Source: Methanocaldococcus sp. 28A (GTDB lineage Archaea > AGJL01 > Methanococci > Methanococcales > Methanocaldococcaceae). From it: DNA of 64,000 nucleotides. The stretch is taken from assembly GCA_049852185.1 (NCBI GenBank), contig CP187540.1; one strand, 5' to 3'. Below are positions 1-9,963 of this stretch, piece after piece (position 1 is the stretch's first letter; each line of letters begins with the position of its first letter). The translations under genes were made by a program, and so were the position numbers. The notes beneath the pieces were generated by a model, which made no database searches, was not told the DNA's origin, and saw nothing but the letters and a program-made list of their open reading frames with translations.

Positions 1-46
1 TTTATAAAATATTCCCATTACTAAAAATTTTCTTTAGGTGTTATAA

Positions 47-472
47 ATGATTGATATTCTCAAAAATATAAAAGTAAAAGATATAATGACAAAAAATGTT
101 ATAACTGCAAAAAAGGATGAAGGTGTTGTAGAAGCTTTTGAAAAAATGTTAAAACATAAGATTAGTTCTTTGCCAGTGATTGATGATGAAAATAAAGTTA
201 TTGGTATTGTAACAACAACCGATATAGGATATAATTTAATAAGGGATAAATACACATTAGAAACAACAATTGGAGATGTAATGACAAAAGATGTAATTAC
301 AATAGATGAAAATGCAAATATATTGGAAGCTATTAAAAAAATGGATATTAATGGAAAAAAAGAAGAAATTATCAACCAATTACCTGTAGTTGATGCGGAT
401 AATAAGTTAGTTGGGATAGTTTCTGATGGAGACATAATTAGAGCAATTTCAAAGATTATTAACATCATCTAA
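47..472 (+). CDS. CBS domain pair (Bateman module) protein
   Basis: Two CBS repeats ([11 protein letters not shown]...LPVID...IGIVT..DI and [11 protein letters not shown]...LPVVD...VGIVSDGDI); GGTG RBS upstream. Confidence 0.9.
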   Translation: MIDILKNIKVKDIMTKNVITAKKDEGVVEAFEKMLKHKISSLPVIDDENKVIGIVTTTDIGYNLIRDKYTLETTIGDVMTKDVITIDENANILEAIKKMDINGKKEEIINQLPVVDADNKLVGIVSDGDIIRAISKIINII

Positions 473-563
473 AAATTATAGTTTTGTTAAAATAAACTTA
501 ATAAATAATATCACAACTATTTTATCTTATTACCATATTTAATTAAGGGTGATAGGTGATTTT

Positions 564-1481
564 ATGTCAGTTAATTATAAGAGAGTTATTGCTATGGTAG
601 ATGATGCTTTAAACCTCGTTGAGATAGTTGAAGAGCATCCCTGTCCAAATGGTAGTGAGTGGGTTATCTATCAATATCAAAGAACTTCTCCTCTAATTTT
701 ATCAGCGTGGAGAGAGGGAAATAAACACCACTTTGTAACAAGAATTGGTAAAGAGACATTAAATTTAGTTCCTTCACTATCAGCAGCAGGAATTGAAGAG
801 GTTTATATTGAAAATAATAGGGTTCATATTGTCTATGCAGGATTAGCTGGAGGAGGAGTAGGAACTGAACTAAGGAAGGGAGCTAAAAATGTCCTTGAAG
901 TAAATATTTTAGAGAAAGGAGGTGGTTCAAAACTTGGAAGAGCAGAGGTTGTAACTCCAAAAATGGAAAAGGTTATTATTGGTATTGATGATACTGACAC
1001 AAAAGAAGAAGGAGCTACATGGGTTTTAGCACACGAAATTGGTTTAGAAGTTGAAAAAAATAACTTGGGCTATTATTTAGACCACACAATTGTTCAACTC
1101 TACCCTGGTAACCCAAACAAAACTCAGAATTGCGTATCTATCGCTTTAAGTTTTGCTGTTTATCCAAAATATAAGTATGAAATTGACAAATTCGTTAAAA
1201 AATTATTGAAGGAGAAAAGTTTATCAGAGAATACTGCAATGGCTGTATATTACGGTCTCTTTCCTTCTAAGAGTATGAAATTATTTACAATGAAGGCTAA
1301 AAAGAGATTGGTTACATTAGAAGAAGCAAAATCTATTGCATTAAGAAATAATATAAAAATAATTCCTGTTAATGGAGAAGGTGGCGTTATAGGAGCTGTA
1401 GCTGCCTTAGGTTTAGCTGAACATCATAACTTAGCTCCTAAGTTATTTGAAGATGTAGAAACCACTGAAATAAAGAATTAA
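564..1481 (+). CDS. Methanogenesis marker protein 11
   Basis: IIGIDDTDTKEEGATW and VQLYPGNPNKTQNC motifs typical of marker 11; ATG at 564 follows GGTGA RBS. Confidence 0.8.
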   Translation: MSVNYKRVIAMVDDALNLVEIVEEHPCPNGSEWVIYQYQRTSPLILSAWREGNKHHFVTRIGKETLNLVPSLSAAGIEEVYIENNRVHIVYAGLAGGGVGTELRKGAKNVLEVNILEKGGGSKLGRAEVVTPKMEKVIIGIDDTDTKEEGATWVLAHEIGLEVEKNNLGYYLDHTIVQLYPGNPNKTQNCVSIALSFAVYPKYKYEIDKFVKKLLKEKSLSENTAMAVYYGLFPSKSMKLFTMKAKKRLVTLEEAKSIALRNNIKIIPVNGEGGVIGAVAALGLAEHHNLAPKLFEDVETTEIKN

Positions 1482-1524
1482 CAATTAAAATATATTTTTC
1501 TTTGAAGGTATTAATTTTTTGACA

Positions 1525-1627
1525 TAGGACTTTCGCACTTTATGTATTAGTTAGGAATTTAGACTCCTTTAATAAATATAATAAATAAAATAAAATAAAT
1601 AAAATATATACTCCTGCAAAAGTCCTA
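1525..1627. mobile_element. MITE (MJRE-like palindromic repeat)
   Basis: Terminal inverted repeats TAGGACTTTCGCA ... TGCAAAAGTCCTA, 103 bp, non-coding. Confidence 0.85.
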
Positions 1628-1646
1628 AAATAAATATTGTGATAAT

Positions 1647-2204
1647 ATGGAAAATAGAGAGTTTAAAATAGTCATTATTGGCCCTGAAAATGCTGGAAAA
1701 TCATCAATAATGAACGCGTTATTTGGAAAATATGTTTCATTGGTTTCTGAAGTTGGTGGAACTACAAAAATGCCAATAAAAAGATATTGGGGAAAATTAA
1801 AAATTGGAAGGATTAAAGAAGAACCAGAGTTTGTGAATTTAGTTTTTGTTGATTTAGGTGGTTTATATACAACAACTGACAAACAATCTCCAATTATGAC
1901 CCCCAAAGTTTTAGAAAAGACATTTGAAGAGATTAACGATTCTGACATGATTATACATGTAATTGATGGTAGTGTTGGATTATTGAGAAGTTTTGAGAAA
2001 TTCCACCACTTATTAAAGTTTAGGTACCAAAAACCTATTATAGTAGTAATTAACAAATGTGATTTATTAAATGATACGGATAAGGAAAATTTAAAGAACT
2101 ATGTTGAAAGTAGAATAAAAAATACACCGATATTTGTATCTGCAAAAACTTTTGAAGGAATTCCTGAATTGTTAGAGATAATTATTAGATACCTAAAAAG
2201 GTGA
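1647..2204 (+). CDS. Small Era-like GTP-binding protein
   Basis: G1 GPENAGKS, G2 GTT, G3 DLGG, G4 NKCD, G5 SAK. Confidence 0.9.
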   Translation: MENREFKIVIIGPENAGKSSIMNALFGKYVSLVSEVGGTTKMPIKRYWGKLKIGRIKEEPEFVNLVFVDLGGLYTTTDKQSPIMTPKVLEKTFEEINDSDMIIHVIDGSVGLLRSFEKFHHLLKFRYQKPIIVVINKCDLLNDTDKENLKNYVESRIKNTPIFVSAKTFEGIPELLEIIIRYLKR

Positions 2205-2208
2205 TTTA

Positions 2209-2652
2209 ATGTTAGATAAATTAAAAAAGATTTTAGGCCTGAAAGATAACTTTTCAGCTCCAGCTCCAGTGTCTATAGATGATTATTTAGGAGAAATTGA
2301 GGAGCTTCCAATAACTCCAGTTGAAGATGAAAAAGTAATAATAAAAGTTTGTAGTATTGAAGATGATAAAGATGCTGTAAATGCCATAGTAATGGCTGAG
2401 GCAGGATATATTGTTATAGCAAAGACCCCTAACTTAGAAAAAGAGATTGATGATGAATTTATTGAAATTATTAAAAAGATAAAAAACGAAACTACAAAAT
2501 TTGGAGGAAACTTAATTATTTTAGGAGATGAGCATTTACTAATAACTCCAAAAAATGTTGTTATAGAAAAACTTCTTAAAGAAAAGAAAGAAGCTAATGC
2601 CACAATAGATAATAAAGAAACAAATGAAGAAAAAGAGAAGGATAAAAAATAA
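2209..2652 (+). CDS. Probable cell division protein SepF-like (DUF552)
   Basis: Amphipathic N-terminal MLDKLKKILG and SepF-like core (IKVCSI..D...GYIVIA...LLITPKNV). Confidence 0.6.
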   Translation: MLDKLKKILGLKDNFSAPAPVSIDDYLGEIEELPITPVEDEKVIIKVCSIEDDKDAVNAIVMAEAGYIVIAKTPNLEKEIDDEFIEIIKKIKNETTKFGGNLIILGDEHLLITPKNVVIEKLLKEKKEANATIDNKETNEEKEKDKK

Positions 2653-2697
2653 GCTATTATTTTTTTATGTTTTTTAATGCTCATTGTCTTAATATAA

Positions 2698-2790
2698 TAG
2701 GACTTTAGCACTTTATATATTCACTAATGAAAATTGATGTCTTTGGCATCAAAAATTCCTCAAAAAAAATTAATTCCTGCAAAAGTCCTA
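2698..2790. mobile_element. MITE (MJRE-like palindromic repeat)
   Basis: TIRs TAGGACTTTAGCA ... TGCAAAAGTCCTA with central hairpin TTGATGTCTTTGGCATCAA. Confidence 0.85.
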
Positions 2791-2820
2791 TTATAAAATC
2801 TCTTTTCTAAATGTGATATT

Positions 2821-3621
2821 ATGAAAGTTTTAGATGAAATCGTCAATAATAGAAAAAAATTAATTGAAATAGAAAAAAGAAAAGATATAATTAAAGAATT
2901 AAGAGATTTTATTGACAAACTAAATATAGATATGGAAAAAAAGAAAAAATTAAAGCTTTCAAAGGCAATAAAAAAATCTAAAGAAACAAAAAATCCAATA
3001 ATTACTGAGATTAAGCCATCATCTCCTTCAAAAGGAAATATTAGAGAAATAAATCTTGAAGATATTAAAAATATAGCCAAAGAAATGGTAGAAGGTGGAG
3101 CTACCGCTTTATCTATATTGACTGAACCAAAATACTTCAATGGAAGCTATAAAAATTTAATTATTGCAAGAAATGAAAATGTTCCAATACTAATGAAAGA
3201 TTTTATTGTTGATTTTTATCAAATTGACATAGCAAGTGAGATTGGGGCTAATGCAGTTTTATTAATTGTCTCCACACTTGGAGAAGATATTGGAGAATTC
3301 TTAGATTATGCCAAGGAAAATGATTTGGAGTGTTTGGTTGAGACACATAGCGAAAATGAGATAGAAATTGCTTTAGATGCAGGAGCTAAGATTATTGGCA
3401 TAAATAATAGAGACTTAAAAACTTTAAAAATAGATTTGTCTACTACTGAGAAATTAGCTCCATTAATCCCAAAAAATAAAATAAAAGTTGGAGAAAGTGG
3501 GATTTATACAAAGGAGCAATTAAATTATGTATTAAAATATACTGACGCTGCTTTGATTGGTTCATCAATAATGGAAAGTGAAAATATAAAAGATAAAGTT
3601 ATGGAGTTAGTAAAAAAATAA
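2821..3621 (+). CDS. trpC: Indole-3-glycerol phosphate synthase
   Basis: EIKPSSPSKG, LSILTEPKYFNGS, ILMKDF, IGINNRDL, ESGI motifs. Confidence 0.97.
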   Translation: MKVLDEIVNNRKKLIEIEKRKDIIKELRDFIDKLNIDMEKKKKLKLSKAIKKSKETKNPIITEIKPSSPSKGNIREINLEDIKNIAKEMVEGGATALSILTEPKYFNGSYKNLIIARNENVPILMKDFIVDFYQIDIASEIGANAVLLIVSTLGEDIGEFLDYAKENDLECLVETHSENEIEIALDAGAKIIGINNRDLKTLKIDLSTTEKLAPLIPKNKIKVGESGIYTKEQLNYVLKYTDAALIGSSIMESENIKDKVMELVKK

Positions 3622-3636
3622 AAAAAATAAATTATA

Positions 3637-4305
3637 TTATGCTTGAGCTTCTTCTACAGTTTCTTCAGCTTCCTTTACAAATCCTTCTGTTTCTTCTTTC
3701 TTAGCTAATGATAAGACTTCTGATTTGTAGATAATAACATTTTTAATTGGGAATATTTTCTTACACTCTTCTTTTATTTTCTCAGCCATTTCTCCAAATA
3801 ACATTGCTTGCACATATAATGGGAATGTTTTCTCTTTAGCTATTGATTTAATAATTTCTTCCATCTTCTTTCTAATGTCAGATTTTTGTTTTGTGTTTGC
3901 TCTATAAGCTGTTAAAACCATTGCCTTTGTTCTTATCTTATAGCCATCTTGGGTTGTAATATCAAGGATAGCGTCAATTCTGCTTCTTCTTCTTCTTATT
4001 TGTGATTTCATGAATTCTCTTGTTGTATCATGTCCATAAAATTGAGCTATTGCTTTATTTCCTGTAATTCCAAATATTTTGAAATAAATTCTGTGCATGT
4101 GTTTTGTTGGGTCCCCTGTTAAATCTCTTAAGCTTGTCTCAGCAACTCTTCCTAAAACTAAACTTGGGTCATTTGCTGGAGTGTAGCCAATAAATACTCC
4201 TCCAAATTCTGGTGTGGCATAGATTTCATACCATACTTTCTCTTTCCATTTATCTCTTACTTTCCTTACCTTTCTTCTTGATCTTGCAGTTCTTGCAGTA
4301 GCCAT
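3637..4305 (-). CDS. rps3ae: 30S ribosomal protein S3Ae (eS1)
   Basis: DKWKEKVWYEIYA, GRVAETSLRDLTGD, KKIFPIK motifs. Confidence 0.97.
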   Translation of the reverse strand: MATARTARSRRKVRKVRDKWKEKVWYEIYATPEFGGVFIGYTPANDPSLVLGRVAETSLRDLTGDPTKHMHRIYFKIFGITGNKAIAQFYGHDTTREFMKSQIRRRRSRIDAILDITTQDGYKIRTKAMVLTAYRANTKQKSDIRKKMEEIIKSIAKEKTFPLYVQAMLFGEMAEKIKEECKKIFPIKNVIIYKSEVLSLAKKEETEGFVKEAEETVEEAQA

Positions 4306-4340
4306 TTTTTCACCTTAAAAAATTTAATTATGGTTTGGAA

Positions 4341-4955
4341 TTATTCACCTTTATAAAACTTAGATAAATCAACATAATTTCTTACAGGTTTTGTTACATC
4401 TCCATACAATCTTTTTATATCCTTAGCTTTTGCTTTTTTAGCACTTCCTTTTTCAGTTTTTATTTTCTTTAACCTAAAGAATCCATCGTTTATTCTATAA
4501 ACTTTTTCTACTTCAAATTCAAAATCATTAGGGACATAGATGTATATTCCATAAGTTTTACTTTTATCATTAATTGATATTCCCAATTTTTTTGGAATAG
4601 ATAGTGATTTACCCCAAATAAACTTAATCTCTTTACCTAAAGCAGATTTTACTGGTTCAGGAGTTTCAATTTTTGTTATCTCAATCTTTTCCCCATCAAC
4701 TTCAATTGTATCTCCAACTTTGTATGTTTCATCCTCTGGTATATTAATTATTTTAGATTCTGAGATATCATATCTACTTATAATTAGCTTAGCCTGGCTT
4801 AATTTAACCTTATCAACAATCTCTCTTACAGCTCCACAGTTAGGACATTTAACTAAGTAATAGGCAGATTTATTATAAATTTTTTTCTTTAATACTTCTT
4901 GCTCTTCAAACCCACAATTCTCGCATTCTATGTAGAGTTTTTCAGTCATCTTCAA
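4341..4955 (-). CDS. Archaeal Zn-finger protein (HVO_0476-like)
   Basis: N-terminal CENCG...CPNCG zinc ribbon followed by two repeated beta-rich units. Confidence 0.75.
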   Translation of the reverse strand: MKMTEKLYIECENCGFEEQEVLKKKIYNKSAYYLVKCPNCGAVREIVDKVKLSQAKLIISRYDISESKIINIPEDETYKVGDTIEVDGEKIEITKIETPEPVKSALGKEIKFIWGKSLSIPKKLGISINDKSKTYGIYIYVPNDFEFEVEKVYRINDGFFRLKKIKTEKGSAKKAKAKDIKRLYGDVTKPVRNYVDLSKFYKGE

Positions 4956-5000
4956 AAACCTCTAAGTATTTTATTTACTTTGATTTTATTTATTTTTTAT

Positions 5001-5813
5001 TTATTTTCTTCTTCTCCTTCTTCTTCTCTTGTCTTTTGGTTGAATGATTATTCTGTATTTTGGATTTGCAGCTTTCTCTAAGAACTCTTCATAGGTAAAG
5101 GGAACTTGTGTATCGTCAGTTATAATACCTCTGTTTTTAAGGTATTCTCTTGTTAATAAGTAGTAGATTAAAGCAACAGATTTTTTACCTTTGTTGTTTG
5201 TAGGAATTACCAAGTCGATGAATGATGTTAAGTGCTCTGTATCACATAAGCTAACAATTGGAACACCAATCTCTATAGCCTCTTTCAATGCTTGTCTATC
5301 AACTCTTGGGTCACTGATAAATACAATCTCTGGCTCTATAAAGCCTTTGTATGCAGGGTTTGTCAATGTTCCAGGGACAAATCTTCCAGGGATTGTTCTA
5401 ACTCCTGTGTATTTTCCAAATTCTTCTAATGGACCCATAGTATAGATTCTTCTTGAAACAGCTAATATATCTTCTGGCTCATATTTTGCTAAGAATTTAG
5501 CAGCTATTCTTAATCTCTCATCTGTTTTTCTAACATCCAAAACATACAATCCATCGCTTCTTACTCTGTAAATAAACTTCTCCATATCCTTTGTTTTCTG
5601 CTTATCTTCTGGCTCATATTTTGCTAAGAATTTAGCAGCTATTCTTAATCTCTCATCTGTTTTTCTAACATCCAAAACATACAATCCATCGCTTCTTACT
5701 CTGTAAATAAACTTCTCCATATCCTTTGTTTTCTGCTGAGTCCCAATGTGGATACCTGAAGCTAAGTATGTATCTAATGGCACTAACAATTCTTTCTCAC
5801 TCATATTTTCCAC
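5001..5813 (-). CDS. rps2: 30S ribosomal protein S2 (uS2) with an internal 45-aa duplication
   Basis: [29 protein letters not shown] motifs; segment QKTKDMEK...YEPED occurs twice. Confidence 0.97.
   Translation of the reverse strand: MENMSEKELLVPLDTYLASGIHIGTQQKTKDMEKFIYRVRSDGLYVLDVRKTDERLRIAAKFLAKYEPEDKQKTKDMEKFIYRVRSDGLYVLDVRKTDERLRIAAKFLAKYEPEDILAVSRRIYTMGPLEEFGKYTGVRTIPGRFVPGTLTNPAYKGFIEPEIVFISDPRVDRQALKEAIEIGVPIVSLCDTEHLTSFIDLVIPTNNKGKKSVALIYYLLTREYLKNRGIITDDTQVPFTYEEFLEKAANPKYRIIIQPKDKRRRRRRRK
5468..5737. repeat. Perfect 135-bp tandem duplication inside rps2
   Basis: 5468-5602 and 5603-5737 read identical by eye; length is a multiple of 3. Confidence 0.95.
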
Positions 5814-5923
5814 CTTAAAAATAGTTGTTGTTTTTTAAATATTAAATATTTTCGGGGTTTAAAAATTAGTGGTTGTTTCCCCTAAGAAGATAGAAAATGT
5901 AATAATATATAAAATTTTCCTAT

Positions 5924-6508
5924 TTACTTACCTCTTCTTCCGTGAGCCCTTATACTTGGTCTAACCTTCTCAGCTCCTATTCCTTTATTTCTTAATCCTC
6001 TACCTTTCTTACCAGCTGATGTTAAACCTCTGAATGCTCTTCCTCTATGTTTTCCAGTACATAACCAGTTGAGTTGTGGGTCTGCTTTAATAGCTGGGTG
6101 GTAAGGGTCTACTAATATAACCTCATACCACTTGTATTTTCCATCTTCTCCGACCCAGTAACTGTTTAGAACTTCCATGTTTGGATATTTTCTTGCTGCT
6201 CTTTCTTCAGCAATTCTTTGGATTGATTTACCCATTGTTATCTTATTAACCCCTAATGTAGCTGGTTTCTTTGAGTTCTTTGGTCTTGGCTTTCTTAAAC
6301 CTCCTCTTCTAACTCTTACTCTAACAACAATGATTCCTTGTTTTGGTTTGTATCCTAAAGCTCTTGCTCTATCTAATCTTGTTGGTCTTTCAATTCTTAC
6401 AACAGCCGGTTCTCTCCTCCACTGCTGTAATCTTTCCCATAATAATTGTCTTACATAACTCTCTTTTGGTCTTTTCCAAGCTTCTCGTATATACTTGTAG
6501 ATTCCCAT
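5924..6508 (-). CDS. rpl15e: 50S ribosomal protein L15e (eL15)
   Basis: [36 protein letters not shown] motifs. Confidence 0.98.
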   Translation of the reverse strand: MGIYKYIREAWKRPKESYVRQLLWERLQQWRREPAVVRIERPTRLDRARALGYKPKQGIIVVRVRVRRGGLRKPRPKNSKKPATLGVNKITMGKSIQRIAEERAARKYPNMEVLNSYWVGEDGKYKWYEVILVDPYHPAIKADPQLNWLCTGKHRGRAFRGLTSAGKKGRGLRNKGIGAEKVRPSIRAHGRRGK

Positions 6509-6524
6509 TTTATCCCTCTTTTAT

Positions 6525-6550
6525 GGGTTCAGCATTATCGCCACATCCCC
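6525..6550 (-). promoter_or_regulatory. Candidate structured 5' leader of rpl15e
   Basis: GC-rich GGGGAUGUGGCGAUAAUGCUGAACCC ending 17 nt before the ATG; GGG/CCC outer stem with internal loop. Confidence 0.5.
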
Positions 6551-6688
6551 TTTTTTAATATTAAAGCTTTAGAGTAAATAACTATTATCAACTATTATAT
6601 TAATTTAACGGTTATTTAGAGTGTGTCTAAGATAGAGCTTGAGGTCTTATATAGCATACCTCAGTAACGTGAGTAATGAATATACACA

Positions 6689-6769
6689 AACTGTTTCCCA
6701 TTTCATAGCTTATCATAGTATTTAACAAATTATCATACAAACCGATAGCTATGGAAATAGGAAACAGTT
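6689..6769. repeat. Imperfect ~26-bp inverted repeat
   Basis: AACTGTTTCCCATTTCATAGCTTATC (6689-6714) vs GATAGCTATGGAAATAGGAAACAGTT (6744-6769). Confidence 0.75.
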
Positions 6770-7039
6770 GTTCAGAATTTCAAGGCTCATCGCTTTTAGA
6801 TGAAATAATCAGCACGGGCGGTAGATATCGTCTATCGCGCTGGTAAAAGGATAGACAATGCTCTAAAACTTGAAACGCTCGATAATTTCTTGGACTGGAT
6901 TGAAAAGCATAAGATTGAAATTCCAGAGGTCAATGGCAATGTTGTGAAAATTTACGAATGCGTTACATGTTCTGGTATTCCTAAAATTGGTAAACCCGTC
7001 TGCCACTTCGAAGGAGGCTTATGGCAGTGGTTAATATAA
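6751..7039 (+). pseudogene. Frameshifted V4R-domain protein remnant
   Basis: Frame from 6821 reads VDIVYRAGKRI...KIYECVTCSGIPKIGKPVCHFEGGL (V4R signature); upstream ATG at 6751 is out of frame and the C-terminus is lost; not in ORF track. Confidence 0.75.
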
Positions 7040-7142
7040 AAATAAAAATTAAAAATTTAAGCTTTATCAACATCATCAATTTTACATTTTATTTCTCCAA
7101 CTATGAATTATGAATAAAGCTACAGGGAAAATAAAAGTTGTA

Positions 7143-8093
7143 TCATAATATAGTATTTAATATTGCAATTATTTCATTTATAACTTCTTTATTTAGCTCT
7201 GAAACATCAATTTTCTTTGTTTCAAATACAATTCCATTTTTTAAAACTCTATCATAATTTGGGCATATTGTAGTTATTGATTTTTTGTTGTCTAATTTTA
7301 TTAGGCTGTTAATTTTTTTAGACGTATTTTTTGGATTTTCGCATTCAATAAATATGGATATTCCTTCATATTCTTTAAAATAAGCATTTTCAATTTCATT
7401 TTTAATTTTTTTGTTTGCAATAATATATTTTTTGTAGGTTTTTTTAGCATTTAACAGCTCTTCTTTTAAAAGACCAAAATAATTTACTATTTTATATGTT
7501 TTAAATATTATTTTAATATCATTTAACGCATTTCCTAATTTTTCTTCGATGTCTTTACTTATTCCTAAAAAACCCCCATATTCACAATTTAATATCTTTG
7601 GACTTCCAGTGGAACAAACAATAATATCACCATATCCACAATCTCCACCAATTTTTCCTGAAATATCTTCAATAAACAAAATTTCTTTCTCTTCACATAA
7701 TTTTTTTATTTCTTTTAATGGTTGTGGAGCTAAATATCCTGCTAATGATGTTAAAATAACAGATGAATTCTCTTTTATGGCTTTATCCAAATTTTCTATA
7801 TCAATAATACCCAAATTTGTTTTTAGCATATTAAACTTTAAATTCAATAATTTTGGAAATTTTAAAAACCCTTGCCAACCCCCCATATCAGGGATTAAAA
7901 TCTCATCACTATAAGTTTTTGCTATCCACATTGATAGAAATACTGCAGAACTTCCTGATGGAAGAAAAGTTATTTTGTAATCCCTATTTAATAGCTCATT
8001 TATAATCATCTCAACTTCTTCTTTATTCCCTTCTTTATTTATTAATCCATAAGTATTTGGTCTTCTATATTTAAGAATCATTATATTCACCAC
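7143..8093 (-). CDS. PLP-dependent transferase (fold type I), substrate unknown
   Basis: SGSSA, FIEDISG and STGSPK (candidate PLP lysine) followed by GGF. Confidence 0.7.
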   Translation of the reverse strand: MVNIMILKYRRPNTYGLINKEGNKEEVEMIINELLNRDYKITFLPSGSSAVFLSMWIAKTYSDEILIPDMGGWQGFLKFPKLLNLKFNMLKTNLGIIDIENLDKAIKENSSVILTSLAGYLAPQPLKEIKKLCEEKEILFIEDISGKIGGDCGYGDIIVCSTGSPKILNCEYGGFLGISKDIEEKLGNALNDIKIIFKTYKIVNYFGLLKEELLNAKKTYKKYIIANKKIKNEIENAYFKEYEGISIFIECENPKNTSKKINSLIKLDNKKSITTICPNYDRVLKNGIVFETKKIDVSELNKEVINEIIAILNTIL

Positions 8094-8279
8094 TATTTAC
8101 TAACGGTGTGATTACGATAGTCCATTCTTTATTAGTTCTTTACAACACTACTACACTTTTTAATTACTTTATAGGAAAATATGTTGTATTTATTGCTTAA
8201 ATATTCTATACAATTATGAATAATCGCAACAAATTTAACAAAACCGATATTGCTTTTTAAGGTTATATAATTACTTTCA

Positions 8280-8520
8280 CATTGAATCAACTATCTCAAC
8301 AAATTTATATCTATCGTCATCTAAAATATTGGAAAAGTTAGATAACTGATTATATAAGCAATAGATATCCCTTTAATCGTCTTTATCGGCGTTAATGTTC
8401 CCACTACTCCATACTAAGAACATATCCCTAAACTATTTATAGAAAACCAGTATATCATTAAATGCTACTAACATACAAGTATCACCGTTTTTTAATAAAT
8501 TATTTAACCTAATATTGTAA
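8280..8520 (-). pseudogene. Highly degraded transposase remnant, possibly ISH3-like
   Basis: Interrupted frames give MLVAFNDILVFY and VVGTLTPIKTIKGISIAY..SYLT, resembling the first-Asp region of ISH3 transposases; weak. Confidence 0.3.
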
Positions 8521-8870
8521 TTGAATTGTTTTAACTCTAACGGTCTCTTAACTATTAGTTTTTTGTTTTATAACCTTTTTTATAATTTGAAGACCAACTA
8601 TTTAGAATAGAATAAGCAGTTTAATAATCCCATCGATATAATGAGAAGCATATTTCCAAATTAGATTTTTGTAGTTTTAGTTTGTATTCTTTAGTCCATT
8701 CGATATTACTCCAAATTTTCTGAGTATTTGTCTATAAATCAAATCTATGTTTGTCTATGGGTAATTAAACAGTTCCAATATAAATATTCTCATTATTCCC
8801 ACCATAATCTTTAAAATCTAATATATTAAAATCATAACTTATACTAATCAAATTTAACTGAGGAGATAAA

Positions 8871-9143
8871 ATGAGCAAAGTCGTTGTTTCAGTTATTGGA
8901 AAAGACAGAACCGGAATAGTTGCTGGAATTTCAAAGGTTTTAGCTGAAAATAATGTAAACATATTAGATATAAGCCAAACTATTATGGATAACTTATTTG
9001 CCATGATTATGCTTGTTGATATATCAAATGCCAAAGTAGATTTTACAACCCTAAAAAATGAGCTTGAAAAAGCTGGAGAGGAGTTAGGAGTTAAGGTTAT
9101 TGTCCAACATGAAGATATATTTAAATACATGCATAGGATTTAA
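8871..9143 (+). CDS. ACT domain protein (UPF0237)
   Basis: VSVIGKDRTGIVAGIS..LAENNVNILDISQT...HEDIFKYMHRI. Confidence 0.9.
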   Translation: MSKVVVSVIGKDRTGIVAGISKVLAENNVNILDISQTIMDNLFAMIMLVDISNAKVDFTTLKNELEKAGEELGVKVIVQHEDIFKYMHRI

Positions 9144-9882
9144 ATTCAGCATCTACAACAATATGCCAAACGCCTGGAGCATATTTTTTAATTTTTCTAA
9201 TTTCATAGTTTATAAGTTTGTAGCCATTTTTTTCGGCATAAAACTTCAATCTCTCTATAGGTCTTTCATACATAATCTTTTCAGCAACTGTTTCATGATA
9301 GTGTATAACTCCCTTATTTTTCAAAAACTCAAATGCTTTATCTAAAAATTTGTGCGTCTTATGAACATATCCCATAATTACTCTATCAGCGACATTATTT
9401 AATTCAACTTCTCTATTATCAGCTAAAATTGGAATTACATTGTTTAGTTTATTTAGCTTAATATTTTCACATAAATAGTGATAAGCTGTAGGATTTTTTT
9501 CTATAGCGTAAATTAACTTTGGTTTTGAATATTTAGCTAATGGAATTGTAAAATAACCAATTCCAGCAAACATATCAACAACTATTTCATTTTCATTGCT
9601 CATAAATGCCATTCTCTTCCTTTCCTCAATATTTCCCTGACTCCACATAATTTTAGATACATCTAACTTAAATAAGCATCCATACTCTTTATGTATTGTT
9701 TCTGTCTCTTTTCCAAACAAGATTTTTACATGTGGAGTTCTAAATTCTCCAGTAATTTGTGTAGTGTATAAAACAATTGTTTTACATTTAGTTCTTTTTA
9801 CAATCTCCTTAATCTCCTCTTCATTTAATTCTTTTTTAACTATCACTACATCTCCAACCTTTTGATATTTCATAAATATCAC
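9121..9882 (-). CDS. taw2: tRNA(Phe) wyosine-derivative aminocarboxypropyltransferase Taw2 (Met10+/Trm5 family)
   Basis: VDMFAGIGYF SAM motif, MWSQGNIEER, DRVIMGY, KKYAPGVWH. Confidence 0.8.
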   Translation of the reverse strand: MIFMKYQKVGDVVIVKKELNEEEIKEIVKRTKCKTIVLYTTQITGEFRTPHVKILFGKETETIHKEYGCLFKLDVSKIMWSQGNIEERKRMAFMSNENEIVVDMFAGIGYFTIPLAKYSKPKLIYAIEKNPTAYHYLCENIKLNKLNNVIPILADNREVELNNVADRVIMGYVHKTHKFLDKAFEFLKNKGVIHYHETVAEKIMYERPIERLKFYAEKNGYKLINYEIRKIKKYAPGVWHIVVDAEFKSYACI

Positions 9883-9963
9883 AATAAAAATAGTAGTTAA
9901 ATAGTAGTTTTATAAAATTATCCTAAAATTTACAAAAATAGAAAAATTGTATTCAAAAATTAA

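Noticed and set aside
1570-1610. AAATA-type short repeats here and at 18535-18585, considered as CRISPR or VNTR
   Set aside because: Low-complexity AT tracts with no repeat-spacer periodicity; no CRISPR array or cas gene seen anywhere
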